A stretch of DNA of 64,000 nucleotides from Octopus sinensis. Its lineage: Eukaryota. Shown here piece by piece: positions 1-13,320 of the stretch (position 1 is the stretch's first letter; every line of letters starts with the position of its first letter). Location of the stretch: contig NC_043007.1 of assembly GCF_006345805.1 (NCBI RefSeq), forward strand, positions 52,948,001 to 53,012,000. The letters are read 5' to 3'. The notes below the pieces were generated by a model, which saw only the letters and a program-made list of their open reading frames with translations, had not been told where the DNA came from and did not search any database. The position numbers and the translations under genes were made by a program.

Positions 1-101
1 ATAGATATATATATATACATATATATATATACATACACATATACATATATATATTATTATATATATACATACATATACATATATATATATATATATACAT
101 C

Positions 102-164
<63 letters not shown>

Positions 165-266
165 CATACATATATATATATATATATATAATACATACAT
201 ATAATATATATATATATATATATATTATACATATATATATCATATATATATATATATATATACATA

Positions 267-312
<46 letters not shown>

Positions 313-326
313 CATATATATGTATG

Positions 327-368
<42 letters not shown>

Positions 369-427
369 GTATGTATATATATATATATATAATATATATA
401 TATACATATACATATATATGTATGTAT

Positions 428-461
<34 letters not shown>

Positions 462-464
462 GTA

Positions 465-512
<48 letters not shown>

Positions 513-530
513 TATATATAAATATATATG

Positions 531-576
<46 letters not shown>

Positions 577-630
577 ATATATATAAATATATATATAATT
601 ATATATATATACATATACATATATATATAT
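1..630. repeat. Compound (TA)n/(TACA)n microsatellite
   Basis: Near-pure AT dinucleotide tract. The YIYI ORFs here are artefacts. Confidence 0.97.
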
Positions 631-1939
631 CATCATCATCATTTAGCGTCATTTTCCATGCTAGCATGGGTTGGACGGTTCAACTGGGGTCTGTGAAGCC
701 GAAAGGCTTCATCAGGCCCAGTCAGATCTGGCAGTGTTTCTACGGCTGGATGCCCTTCCTAACGCCAACCACTCCGTGAGTGTAGTGGGTGCTTTTTACG
801 TGCCAACCGCACAGGTGCCAGACAGAGCTGGCAAACGGCCATGAACGGATGGTGCTTTTATGTGCCACCGGCACGGGGGCCAGGCGGGGCTGGCAACGGA
901 CACGAACGGATGGTGCTTTTACGTGCCACCGGCACGGGGGCCAGGCAAGGCTTGCAGCGGACACGAACGGATGGTGCTTTTACGTGCCACCAGCACGGAG
1001 GCCAGACAGGGTGGCGCTAGCAACGACCACGATCGGATGGATCGCTTAACCACAGCTGCAATTTCCACTGATGTTGATCGACCTCAATTTTGGTTCTGCT
1101 TTCTGATATCTGATTTGATTTGGTTTGATTTTGATTTTGACTGTTCTCACTGGTCTTGCCGGGTCTTCTCACGCACAGCATACTTCCATAGGTCTCGGTC
1201 TCTAGTCATTTCCTTGGTGAGACCTAAAGTTCGAAGGTCGAGCTTCACCACCTCGTCCCAGGTTTTCCTGGGTCTACCTCTTCCACAGGTCCCCTCAACT
1301 GCCAGGGTGTGGCACTTTTTCACACACCTATCTTCATCCATTCTCGCCACATGACCATACCAGCGCAATCGTCTCTCTTGCACACAACAACTAATGCTTC
1401 TTAGGTCCAACTTTTCTCTCAAGGTACTTACACTCTGTCGATTATGAACACTGACCTTACACATCCATCGGAGCATACTAGTTTCATTTCTTGCGAGCTT
1501 ACGCAAATTCTCAGCAGTCACAGCCCAAGTTTCACTACCATGCAGCATGGCTGTACGTATACATGCATCATACAGTCTGCCTTTTACTTTAAGCGAGAGG
1601 CCTTTTGTCACCAGCAGGGGTAAGAGCTCTCTAAACTTTGCCCAGGCTATTCTTACTCTAGCAGTTACACTTTCAGCACACCCGCCCCCACTACTGACTT
1701 GGTCACCTAGGTAGCGGAAGCTATCAACTACTTCTAGTTTTTCTCCCTGGAACATGGTAGAAGTTGATCTCTGCATATTTTCAGAGTTTATTGCTCCTGA
1801 GCATCTGCCACAGATAAAAACTATTTTCCTAGTTAGTCTTCCTTTGACATTACTACATCTCTTATGTGTCCATAGCTTACATTTGGTGCATCTTATAGAG
1901 TTTCTACCTATGCCTCTTCTACAGATCGAGCAGGGCCAT
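631..1939 (-). mobile_element. 5'-truncated RTE-clade LINE (RT C-terminus, 3'UTR, (GAT)n tail)
   Basis: ORF 1147-1776 has RTE motifs FRYLGD, LHGSETW, RLRWYGHV, GRGRPRKTW. Upstream CCHC-like CSIC...CKLWTHKRC. Tail (CAT)n on the plus strand at 631. Confidence 0.92.
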
Positions 1940-2119
1940 ATATATATAATATATATTTTTATTTTCTAGGTTAATATCATCATTAGAAATCTTATTTGGC
2001 TCATTAATCTGGTTTTCTGAGTTTATCCTTGGTTTATAGAATTTTAATTTTTGTTTGTATCTAGCTTTACTTAGTGTGATCTTATGATAATCTGCTAGAT
2101 ATATTTTCAACTAATTTAT

Positions 2120-2271
2120 CTGTATGTATAAATATATATATATATATATCTGTATTTATCTCTCCGCCTCCCCTATATATATATATGTATTTATCTCTTC
2201 CCCCCATATATATATATCTGTATTTATCTCTTCCCCCCATATATATATATATCTGTATTTATCTCCCCCAC

Positions 2272-2327
<56 letters not shown>
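2120..2327. repeat. (TA)n tract with tandem ~35-bp units (TGTATTTATCTCT(T/C)CCCCC)
   Basis: Four units separated by TA runs, seen directly. Confidence 0.85.
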
Positions 2328-2329
<2 letters not shown>

Positions 2330-2677
2330 GATTAATTCGAGAGCTTCAATTGACATTATAATATATAACATAATATACTAGGAATATAATATAACATTAA
2401 AAAATTATTAAAAAGCCAAAAATACATTACATGATTTTTAAACAATTCATACCCATTTATATAAGTCTCTTCAGAGATTTGGTTCAAAAGAGAGACAAAA
2501 TTCCGTGTGAAAGGATGGCTAGATTGCAAAAAAATTTATTCACATACCTATGTTTAGTATGGACAATGAATGTTAAATGATGCTGATGCTGATGATACAT
2601 ATATATGTATATAATCTTATTTAAATATCAGAATATTAATCAATGTTTTACCTTTAATGATAAATTTTTATACTTAC

Positions 2678-2774
2678 CAATACTCGGTTAACAATGACCA
2701 TTATATTAAAGAAAACATTTCTCAGCATTTGTATCCATTGAGTATAATTTAGAAGCCTCATTTGATCTGCTAAG
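2678..2774 (-). CDS. VPS54: VPS54 internal coding exon (last in window)
   Basis: Acceptor CTACTTATTTGCAG|, donor |GTAAGT. 97 nt; (C)LADQMRLLNYTQWIQMLRNVFFNIMVIVNRVL matches VPS54 LADQMRMLNFPQWFDLL...RV. Confidence 0.9.
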
Positions 2775-2814
2775 CTGCAAATAAGTAGAAATTAAAAATA
2801 TATACATATATAAA

Positions 2815-2853
<39 letters not shown>

Positions 2854-2983
2854 TATATTAAATTAGAGATAAAACCACTAGTAGGCAAATCATACAATGA
2901 AAAACTTAAGCCAATACATAAGATTAATTAATTTATATTATTTTAAATATATATCAAAATTATTAAAAAAAGATAATGAGTAT

Positions 2984-3050
2984 AACACTACGATCGTTTC
3001 ATGGCTGTCCAATTCGTAAAAATTCAAGTTACAGTCAATCTTCAGGTGAT
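2984..3050 (-). ncRNA. Minimal type I hammerhead ribozyme-like motif (PLE-associated)
   Basis: Minus strand reads CAC CTGAAGA T TGACTGT...ACAGCCA T GAAAC GATC GTA GTG: core boxes CUGANGA and GAAA, palindromic stem III loop, GUA cleavage triplet. Confidence 0.62.
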
Positions 3051-3761
3051 TGAAATATTTATCTTAGTGAGGTTTAACAATGAACAACAGTGTACGTACG
3101 CCGTTATATATATATATATAACAAAGTGTACGTACGCCGTTATATATATATATATATAAAAAATACAAAATGGGACATGAACGCAAGACATCCGGACAAC
3201 TAGGTGATACAAAAAGGGACAACAAAACATCCAGATAGACGATACAAAGAACACAAGGATGGGTCATTCAAAGTTTTCTATCTTCAGTCAAGAACCAGAT
3301 TATCCTCAACAACTCTTCTCTCTATGTGTCACCATCCATCAACCTCTCTGTATTATCTGCCATACTTCTTATCACTCACTCTCTGTGTTTATGTAATGTC
3401 TCTCACACATCTCTTTCATTTTGTCTAAATCTGTCTTCTAATGTTTACTTCACTTTATTACAGCCATCCGTACTATTGCTGTTTTCTGATAGAGTAAAAT
3501 TGCTGAAATGTGGAACATCTGTAACATTTTTCTAATTTTTTTCTGATATAAATGACTCACAAACTCAGATTCAGTGTGGAAAAGTACATCAATATACCAA
3601 ATTTGAAAATGTTCACTTAATTTTAAAGTTTCAAAATCTGTGACAGCAACAGAGAGCCCTCTATTTGTCTATCACTTTCATTTTTTGCTTTCGTCATGGT
3701 AAACTCTCCCCCTCTCTACATATTTTTATCACACTCTCTACAAAAGTATACACCTCACGCT

Positions 3762-3807
<46 letters not shown>

Positions 3808-4316
3808 ATTTATTTTCATAACATACTTTTCTGTTAGTAAATGTTTTTTCTTACACACACTAACAGTCAAAAATGTAGTAGAGTACAGTATAAAATCTCG
3901 TCCGTATTCAGATTTCCCCTTGTACTATCCAGTGGTAGTATCTGTACTTCCAGGTTTGCATTTGGGCTTCTGTCACATATGAATAGATAATTGAAAAAAT
4001 TGGAGCCAACAAGAAGGAGTACTGTTGGACATTTATTTTCAATCATTACAATTGTTTCTATGCAATGTAGTTCTCCAGGCATGAAGGTACTTGATTATAC
4101 AACTATTTCCCTGCATTATGAGATCTAATAGTGTTTCCTCAGGCGATATGTAAATATTATCTCTGTAAGTTCAAATTCTCAGCTTCAATAGCTTCCTCTC
4201 TGTCTGTCATGGCCTGAAGTTAGTAAGTAGCCACTGAGCTTACCAAGGTGTGTTATTGCTGAAGGACTGTTGGCAAACTGCTTTGAATGTGTAGATATAG
4301 TGGGATGGTGATTCTG

Positions 4317-5596
4317 CTTTCGTTACTAACCCGGCCATACCCAGCCCCCAAATTTTTTGGTTCATAATACCAACCCGGCCATACCCAGCCGAGAGAATCT
4401 ATTGTTATTTAAATGTAAATTTGAACCTAAATCTCGTTGGTACATTCATTAAAACAAGTGATTTCACTTTGTAAATAGTTGGGTTATAGTATCCGACATT
4501 GCTTGACCTGATATCTGAACTCAGTGAATTTTGGGAGATTTTTTCCACATTTTTTTTGGCATCGATTTTTCTTCAACTTTCAAAATGGATAGGAGTTTCA
4601 TGTTATCAAGCATTGATTCCGAATTTAAAGCGTTTTCAATGGAAAATAGGGAGATATCGAGAAAAAGAATGAATGAGGTACAAAAGCACATGGTGTACAA
4701 GAATGAATAGGATATTTCGGTATCAAAAACTGAAAGCAGCGATTCTGAAGAAACTGAAAGCGGCGATAGCAACAGCAAAGATGAGTTTACATCGGAATCA
4801 AGTGAAAACTTTAAAAATGTTTTTATTAGTAATTTTTCTGAGGAGATGGGGTCTATCCATAGTCTTTCTTAGGAAGCGAAACAGTTTTATTTTTTATTTT
4901 TTTCAGTATGCTTGTTTGAAGTGATCACTGTGGAAACAAACTGTTACGCAGAATGTAAACAAATACAAAATGGGGGGATCAAAGTTTGGAAAATTTGTGA
5001 AGCAAATACTGGGTACTGCTGTGGATTTAGTTTTTATACAAGGAAAATAATGTTAGTCAGCATGGCCTAGGGAACGATGTGGTCTGGAATTTATCACTTC
5101 CATACCATAACCAGGGTCGTATATTATTTTTTGACCGATTTCTTTAGTTCGGTCAAACTTGCTGTGGATTTAAGTGGATTCCAATATTTCAGTTTATTCC
5201 ACCTTTATGGTACACCTGTTCTGTGCATTAAATTCAACTGATGATCTAGTGATGTGCACAATTCTCTTCATCAAAATTTTGTTGCATACCTAATTGAATA
5301 TTAGCTGATGATTCATTTTCTATGGTGATGTTTAAACAAAATTTTAATATTTTTACCTTTTGCTCAGTTTACCTGGATTTACCTGTAATTAAAGTCACTT
5401 TGAAACAAAAGTTATGCAATAGAATTGATTAAGAACCCTTTCTTTAATTATGTTCCAAATATCACATTAACATGTTGATAAGTAAAAAAGTTACAGTTAT
5501 TTAATGAAACAAGCCTAAATTCATGATTATTTTAGACTGTAATTGAAAGTCATGAGGGGTGTATTTTGGTCAGAAATATAGTAACGAAAGGGTTAA
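4317..5596 (+). mobile_element. Internally deleted piggyBac element with PGBD4-like transposase remnants
   Basis: TIR CTTTCGTTAC ... GTAACGAAAGGG followed by TTAA. Acidic N-terminal remnant, plus motifs ITVETNCYA, KWGIKVWKICEANTGYCCGFSFYT and GLGNDVVWNLSLPYHNQGRILFFDRF across frameshifts. Confidence 0.82.
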
Positions 5597-5866
5597 AGTG
5601 GTTGCCATTTTAAAGGGATTGGCATTTGATTTCTTTATATTGTTGATTTGTTCTTCATGGTTGGCTAAACATGCAACTGTCCTTAGGCGACCTTTAAGAA
5701 CCGGCCCATACATACACATACATGGTCATTTACATATACATACTAACGCTTGGAGATGAACACACATGCACACACACACACACAGATATGTACATGCACT
5801 CACATACACACATATAAAAACATATGTACATATATATGCATGCATATACATAAACAGATGCATGCG

Positions 5867-5906
<40 letters not shown>

Positions 5907-5967
5907 CATATAATAAGTTATAGAAAGTATGGGCTATTTACGGAGTGCTCATAGAGAGCCAATGCGA

Positions 5968-6582
5968 AAAAATACAGATAGAGGAAGCTGAAAACGCAAA
6001 TCATAGGCAGTTAACCAAATTCCTGAACACATAAAGATATTCAATCAATGTAATTAAATCATGTATATTTATGCACATCAACAAAAATCATGCATGTACA
6101 GGCATAAAGATTCTCCAAGGGTATAAATAATAAAACCAAACATACATAAAAATATAGAAGAAATATAAAAATACAACTAAAGATTACATGTAAAGAGTTA
6201 TGCATGATAAATATAGGAGGTGCAAAACGAATGAGAGGTTGATAAATATAGGAATAAACGTTTTTATTCTTATATTTATCAAACTCTCATTTGTTTTGCA
6301 CCTCCTATATTTATCATGCATAACTCTTTACATGTAATCTTTATTTATATGTAATTTTATATGTATTTTTATGTTTTTATATTTCTTTGACAATTTTATG
6401 TATGTTTGGTTTTATTCCTTATACCCTTGGAGAATCTTTACACCTGTACATGCATGATTTAAGTTGATGTGTATAAATATATATGAATCAATTACATTGA
6501 TTGAATATCTTCATTTATGCATTCAGGAATCTGTTAGACTGCCTGTGATTTGCATTTTCAATTTCCTCTACTCTGTATTTTT
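5968..6582. repeat. ~600-bp imperfect foldback palindrome
   Basis: 5968-6255 is the reverse complement of about 6262-6582, e.g. AGAGTTATGCATGATAAATATAGGAGGTGCAAAAC versus GTTTTGCACCTCCTATATTTATCATGCATAACTCT. Confidence 0.88.
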
Positions 6583-6604
6583 GTATATATGTATGATGAT
6601 GATG

Positions 6605-6642
<38 letters not shown>

Positions 6643-6809
6643 GCACACATAGATACATACATCTATGGATGCTAAACACAGGCACATACATATAGAAATA
6701 CAACCAGACCCATGCATACATCGATAGGGGAGAGGGACAGAGTTCACTGAATTACTATTCTTTGACTAATATATCCACCAAAATCGGACATAGCATGTAT
6801 AAGCAAAAA

Positions 6810-8600
6810 CATCATATATAAAATAATGCCCTAGCTCAAAATTAAGATTGGACTTTCCTTATCGTCAGACACTCAGGATGGTTTAGAAAATAGGAAAAAA
6901 AAAAAACTTCAAATTTATACAATTAGATATAGGTTACTACTACTCCAAAATTAACCCTATAATACTCAATAAAGCACTCATATTTGCAATGAAAAATTCC
7001 AGCCTATCTATTAACAGCACCAGACCAGAAACAATTACTAATTATGACAACACACTATGGACGAGATCAGACAGAATGAATTCCTTTGATATACTAATGA
7101 GTTGGAGTGACTCAGCACAGGTAACGGATATTGTAGAAATTTTACATCTTATTCCACATTAAATCCTCATTCTCACAAATAGCAGGGAGCCTGTACAGAG
7201 ACAATGCCCTTTTTGTAATAGATAATTGTGCTAAGGTAGAAATAGAGAGAAACAGAAAAAACTACACAAATTATTTAAAAACTTCAGCCTATCTATAACT
7301 ATAGATAGTAATTACCATAAGGTAAATTTCCTAGATGTTACTTTTAACTTAGAAATAGGGATGCACAAACCATACCACAAGTCAAATGAGTGTCTTAGAT
7401 ACATAAATGTAAAGTCCAATCATTCACCATCCATAACAAAAGGAATTGTTAGGAGCATGGCCACCAGTATATCATACCTGTTAGCCAACGAGACAATATT
7501 CAACATACATGCACCTTACTACAATGAAGCACTAGCTAGAGTTGGATATAAGGAAAAAAATCAACTTCACACCTGGCAAAGCCCTAAATAATACAAATAT
7601 CCATGCACCTAAAGTAGAAAACACACACATGAAAAACAACACATAACAAGAAAATACAAAAGCCCAAGATACTATAGAAAGATAGGAAAAAATAAACAAA
7701 ACCCGAAAAAATAACAATAATAGCAAAAATGAAGTACAAAATGCCAAGAACACACAATATAGGTCAAAGCAACCAAAGAAAAGATATAAAAATTTGATTT
7801 GTATTTTCGGATTGCGAATATCATCGAAGATAGGTAAACAATTCCTTGCAGCATTAGATAGGTGCTTCCCTAAAGCACATAAATACCATTGTATTTTCAA
7901 CAAGCACACAGTAAAAGTATCATATGCCACATCCAAAAACATGGAGTACTACATACACAAATACAACAATAAAAAATATATACATGCAAACAACAACCAC
8001 AGATAAGGAACAAACAGAACAAAAACCAGGGTATGGGACAAATAACAAAAATAAACACAATAGGGATAAAAAAAAACATGGATAGCGACCCCGGGCAGTT
8101 ATAATAGGATCTAGACAAAAACTCAAAACAGAATCAACAAAACAGGCAATAACATCAAGAACACTGCAGACACTGCTAATCAACTGGAATAATACAAAAA
8201 CAAAAGCAAAAAGTCATCAAATAACTACAAAAATAATAATAGTGCAAATCATTGCAGCTGTCACAAGAAATCTCCATGTCCACTCATGAACCAATGCAGG
8301 CAAAAGAACATCTTATACAAATGCACAATCACCACAGCACAACATAAAATACGCATGTATAGGAGCCTCCGAAAACCAATTCAAGGACCATTATCGCAAC
8401 CATATCTCCTCTTTCCATAAGATAAGTTGGCAACACGCAACATCACTAGCAGACTTTATATGGGGATTAAAAGAAGGAAAAATAAGATATGAAATAGAAT
8501 GGTCAATAATAAAAAATGCACATCCATATAATATACTATCTGGCGTATGTAACCTGTGCCTTGAGGAAGCTTTGTACATTGTTAAGTAATGGAAACATGG
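6810..8600 (+). mobile_element. Degenerate Penelope-like retroelement (RT plus GIY-YIG endonuclease)
   Basis: Frameshifted motifs FDILMSWSDSAQVTDIV, SLYRDN, VNFLDVTFNL..KPYHKSN..YINVKSNHSPSI. Endonuclease part CPLMNQC..NILYKCTI..IGASENQFKDHYRNH..SFH..EWSII..CNLCLEE. Confidence 0.85.
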
Positions 8601-8781
8601 TAAAGAAGCACGCTGAGAAAATCCCAAGATGTTGTTACTGCACCAAATTTGCATTTTCCAGATACAACACAGTAGAAGCATAATTCAGTGAACTCTCTCC
8701 CTCTACTCTTCCTTCCAGCCATGCATGTGAATGGAATAAATATTTCATAAGTTATGAGGAAATAAACAAATAATCTTCCAA

Positions 8782-9983
8782 ACTGCAATGGCCAAAATTT
8801 AAGGCTCACTTAGAAAAATAGTGCAAAATGGAACAAGAACAAAGAAGAAAACCTTACTATTAAAATTTTGTGAACAGCCCTTTACTGTCAATGACCTCCC
8901 AACATCTGTCACCAGAGGACTGATTAAATTTCTTGCAAAATGATGGAGTAATATTGTTCCATTTGTTTTTCAATAATTCCCAGAGTTCATCTTGGCTCTT
9001 TAGATTTCAGCTTGGCTGACCCCCTCCCCCTCTCCAATAATCTTCCAAACATTTCCTACAGGATTGAGATCGGGCCATGAGATCAACTCTTTCATCATTC
9101 AAAATATCTTTGACTCTCTTCGCAGTGTGACAGGGAGTGTTGTGCTGCATGAAGATAGGAAGTTGAACTGATGAGGATTAGAGATGTGGAAGGGCATGCT
9201 GTCAAAGAATCTGCTTGTAGATTTCAGCATTGACAGCTCCTTCTAGGCGAATAAGTGGACCAGGACCAGCAGCAAAGATCACTCCCCATACCATTACACT
9301 GCTTCCTCCATATTTCACTGTCTTCTTCACACATGCACAAGATAATCATTTGTCACTTTTTCATTGGACGTATATATTCCACCATCGGAACCAATCACAT
9401 TAAACTTCGATTCATCACTAAAATGAACCTGCAACTACTGTTCTTCCGTCCAAATGACATGTTCGTGAGTGAAATGAAGACAGGCTCTTTGATTCTTCTT
9501 TGCCAGTGCCCAAGCAAGCAATCCAAAACCTCATAATCTCTGAGAAACTATTTTTGCAATACATTGACATAGGAAGTGGAGCTAAACTTGCGGGATATCT
9601 CAGCAGCACTCATAAACCTATTCTTAAGTACATTCTAACTATAATACAATCCTGTCTTGATAAAGCGGTACAAAGTTCTACTAGCTTTGGGTTTAGCATC
9701 TGTTGATCCTTATAACTTAAAACGAGCTACAATTCATTGCACAACACTTCTATACCTTCCTACAGTAATTACTATCACAGAATTTGACTTGCTCCCTTGG
9801 TGAAGGCAAACAATCCTTTGTTTCTCACCACAGGACACCAGTCACCTCTCACAAGCCGTCATATTGACAGTTGAATGTTCCAATAATGTAAGATAAGAAG
9901 TAACTGTTAGCCTGTTAAACAACAAATACCTCAGTTAGTAGTTCACTTTTTCTGCATGACCCTTAACTTTTGGCCGATGCAAT
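8782..9983 (-). mobile_element. Degenerate Tc1-family DNA transposon with TIRs
   Basis: Imperfect TIRs ACTGCAATGGCCAAAATTTAAGG and CCTTAACTTTTGGCCGATGCAAT. Minus-strand remnants FSDESKF and FMQHNTPCHTAK. Confidence 0.75.
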
Positions 9984-10508
9984 TTGGAAGATTGTTTATT
10001 TCCTTATAACTTACCATATTTATTCTATTCACTTGAAATTTTCACAAAAGATAGATCTCTTATTATAAAAGGCAGATTTTATCTGCCTCCCTTTGGGAGT
10101 TATACAAATCTACAATATAGGATTTCTTCAATTACAATTTACCTAGCAGTTTTAAGAGTACAATGCATCGCGTCATGCCAGGTCCAGTTTTTAAAATTTA
10201 AACTCCAATTAAGCAAAATTTACAGAAAACTCACATTCTGGTGTGTGTGTCAAATGCTTTTCTTAGTCTGGTTTACACCACACGCAAATGCACACACACA
10301 GTGGGCAACGAATAAAATGAAAGTAAATGTAATATTTGTTTCTGTCTATCACGCTGATAGATACATGAGTAAAATGTATGGGAAGCTAACAGATAACAGT
10401 GAGTGAAAATGTTCTTGGAAGAGAGTAAATTAGCGACAGTGATTTGAGGAAGACTAAACTGAAACTATGAAACAGTGTTTATGTATAAACAGACGACACT
10501 TATATAAA

Positions 10509-10820
10509 CCCTTTCGTTACCAAACCGCCCGAATTTACCTATTCATATTTAAATGAGAATATCAGAGTAAATCTCTTTAGTACATTCGTGAAAACACGTA
10601 TTATACTTCGTAAACACTTCAAATACAGTTTTGTACAAAAATCGAAGTGTAATTTTAATTCCGTGAATTATGGGAGATTTTTTTCCGAAATTTGTTCCTA
10701 TTGTGTTTTCAAAATTTGTAATTCTGACAAAAAATGGATACGAATTTCATTATATCAAGCAGCGAGTCAGAATTCGAAGGATTTTCTACTGAAGACCTTC
10801 ATAAATCTAACTCTATGACT
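10509..10820 (+). mobile_element. piggyBac left-end fragment
   Basis: Starts CCCTTTCGTTACC. Contains the MDTNFIISSSESEFEGFSTED start, similar to 4585-4640. Confidence 0.65.
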
Positions 10821-10833
10821 GAAAAAAAAAGCA

Positions 10834-11228
10834 TCTTTATATAAGAGTGAAGTTGTGTGTCTGTCCCCTTCGATTTACATTCGTAATTACTCCCACATTT
10901 TGTGGTGCAGTTTAACCAAAAGCGGGTATCTTATAGTCGTGATTCATATCGAGCCCTTCTGGGTATTAGCGCGCGTCTACGATGAGTCTACGATTTAAAA
11001 AAAATTTACCATCATATTTTTCCATTTTAATGCATTTTTTTCGCGTTTATATAAGGGAAGTAACTCTCTAAAAACATCTACGATGTGTCAACGATTTAAA
11101 AAAAATTTACCTTAATTTTTTTTCAATTTTTAATGCATTTTTTTTGCTATTTTTTGGCTATAACTCTCTAAAAATGCTTATATAGTTATTTCCCTTACAA
11201 CCCGAGCAATGCCGGGCGATACTGCTAG
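10834..11228 (+). mobile_element. Short non-autonomous Helitron
   Basis: A|TC 5' end, subterminal hairpin CCCGAGCAATGCCGGG, and 3' CTAG|T with no TSD. Confidence 0.75.
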
Positions 11229-11519
11229 TATTAGATATATCTAGATATGTGTATATCTAGCCTCAAGAGGTTGTTAATCTTCTATAATAAATATTTCAAT
11301 ATACTTGTTTTTACTGACCCTTCTATTATGGCCACTACTGTATATACTGTGTATGTATTTACGTGCATATGTATATATGCATATATATTTGTATATGTGT
11401 ATGTGAGTGCACGTACATATTCATACATGTGTGAGTGTATATCTCTGTGTGTGTGCACGTACGCACATTAGTATGTATATGGATGTATATGTGAACAACC
11501 ATGTACACTTAAAGGTCAG

Positions 11520-12550
11520 CTAAGGACAATCGCATGTGTAACCAACCATACATCCACATACAGTTTTTTGATCTTTGTTGCAGGCCTGTAGCGTAGTAAG
11601 AGTTCCTCTAAGCATGGTTTTGTTCTATCTTGATGGAGGTGTGTTTTGCCATGTGTACTACTCTGCCTGAGCTTTTGAAGTGCAAAGCAGTAGTTAATCC
11701 CCATCACACCATACCAGCAGATACCTCTGACATGGAATTTACAAATGGTACATGCTTCATGTAATGTCTTGCTTCTATATCTATCTCTCTTCCTTTTTAT
11801 TTTTTTTTCTTGATAGTGTTTTGACACTGGCCTCCCTTTCAACAGGCCTCATAGTTCCTTTACTTTTTCCATTGTTTTGGGAGGTGGTGTTGGGGCTGCT
11901 TTTCTTAGAGGTTTTTGTGTTTGTTCTTTTTCAATTCTTCCATCTTCATGAATTTTGGTATCTTTGTTCATGGTGCCTCTTTTAACGCCTTCCTTATTGT
12001 GTCATCTACTCGAGGGTTCAGTATTGGAACTGTACTTTGTATTAGATATTTTACCTGAGGATTCACCATTTTGTTGGGGGTCTTCTGTTTCATTCTAACA
12101 TTTTTTTTGTTTCTTCTTCTTTTTCCCTTTCTTTTACTCCTTGCCTTTCCTTGTTTCTGACAGCCTTTGTTTTGTCAGTTATATATTTTTCTTTTCCTTT
12201 CTCAGCCCACTCAACTCTTTGGTCATTTAACATGATGGGGAAAGGACCAGTATCAGTGTTTCCTTCATTTGCAGGCCTCTCAGTCAAAGGTTTGGTTTTG
12301 TTCTTTTGAGGGACCACTAGGCCTTGGAGGCTTTCTCCATCTTCTTTGACTTTCTTGGTGCAATCAGTTCCCAGAATGGTATCAAGAGTGTCCGTGTATT
12401 GTCTAATGAGAGTATAAAAGGAGGAATTCTCATTTCTTCTGCTCTATCTGGACTGTGGTTCTGGAAAAACCATTATTTTTTAATGTCACTGCGATGATGT
12501 TTGAGGAATCTCCTTTGGCAATTGTCCACGCTTGCACAAATAATTGCACT
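11520..12550 (-). mobile_element. Possible decayed LINE ORF1 with CCCH-type zinc finger remnant
   Basis: ICKFHVRGICWYGVMGINYCF resembles the CxxxxxGxCxYGxxGxxCxFxH zinc finger seen in some CR1-group ORF1s. Lys/Glu-rich broken frames around it. Confidence 0.35.
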
Positions 12551-12584
12551 TCCTTCATTGTCCAGTTTTGCGTCAATTTTGCTA

Positions 12585-13080
12585 GGAGTAGAGGGAGAGA
12601 GAGAGAAAGAAGAGGGAGATGGAAAGAGACAGGTCAACAGAAAGAGAAAGGGAGAGGGAAGCAGGGAGAGAGAAAGAGAGGGGGATGGAGATGGAGAGGA
12701 AGTGGGGATTGTATAGGTATGATCATGCAGATGTGTGTGCGTATGCATATCAACAAACATAAATTTTACAGAGACATTGAGGGAGAGAGAGAGAGAGAGA
12801 GGGACAGATCGACAGAGAGATAGAGAAGAGGGACAGATCAACAGAGAAGGAGGGAGAAGAGACAGCTGGGAGAGGAAAGAAAGAGGAAGGGAGGATTGTG
12901 TAGGTATCAACATACAGATATGTGTGTGTATGTATATCTACACAGGCATAATCTTTACAGGAAGAGAGAAGTAAATAGAAGAGAGAGGTAAATGGAAAAG
13001 AGAGGCAAGGAAGAGAAGAAAACAGGCAGAGCAGAGAAAGGGACTGAGAGAGAAGGAGAAAGACTATGTGAGAGAGGAAC
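12585..13080. repeat. (GA)n-rich low-complexity region with an internal duplicated unit
   Basis: Purine tracts; GGATTGT.TAGGTAT...CAGATATGTGTG unit present twice. Confidence 0.75.
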
Positions 13081-13093
13081 AACTCATATAAAC

Positions 13094-13320
13094 ATCATCA
13101 TCATCATCGTTTAACGTCCGTTTTCCGCGCTAGCACGGGTTGGACGGTTTGACCGGGGTCTGGGAAGCCAGGGGCCGCTCCAGGCTCCAGTCTGATCTGG
13201 CAGAGTTTCTACGGCTGGATGCCCTTCCTAACGCCAACCACTCCGCGAGTGGAGTGGGTGCTTTTTACGTGCCACCTGCACAGGGGCCGGGGGTCCGGCA
13301 TCGGTCACAATCTGTTCGAG
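13094..13320 (-). mobile_element. RTE LINE 3' end fragment
   Basis: (CAT)n GTTTAACGTCCG...GGATGCCCTTCCTAACGCCAACCACTCC, shared with the other RTE 3' UTRs in this window. Confidence 0.85.

Noticed and set aside
100-779. Long YIYI/MYIY ORFs in the ORF track (also at 2124-2371, 5766-5954 and elsewhere)
   Set aside because: They are translations of (TA)n microsatellites, not genes.
780-1040. Regularly spaced repeats resembling a CRISPR array
   Set aside because: These are tandem units of an RTE 3'UTR without unique spacers, in eukaryotic DNA with no cas genes.
3867-4300. Possible additional exon or coding remnant
   Set aside because: No recognisable homology, and the VPS54 exons already join in frame without it.
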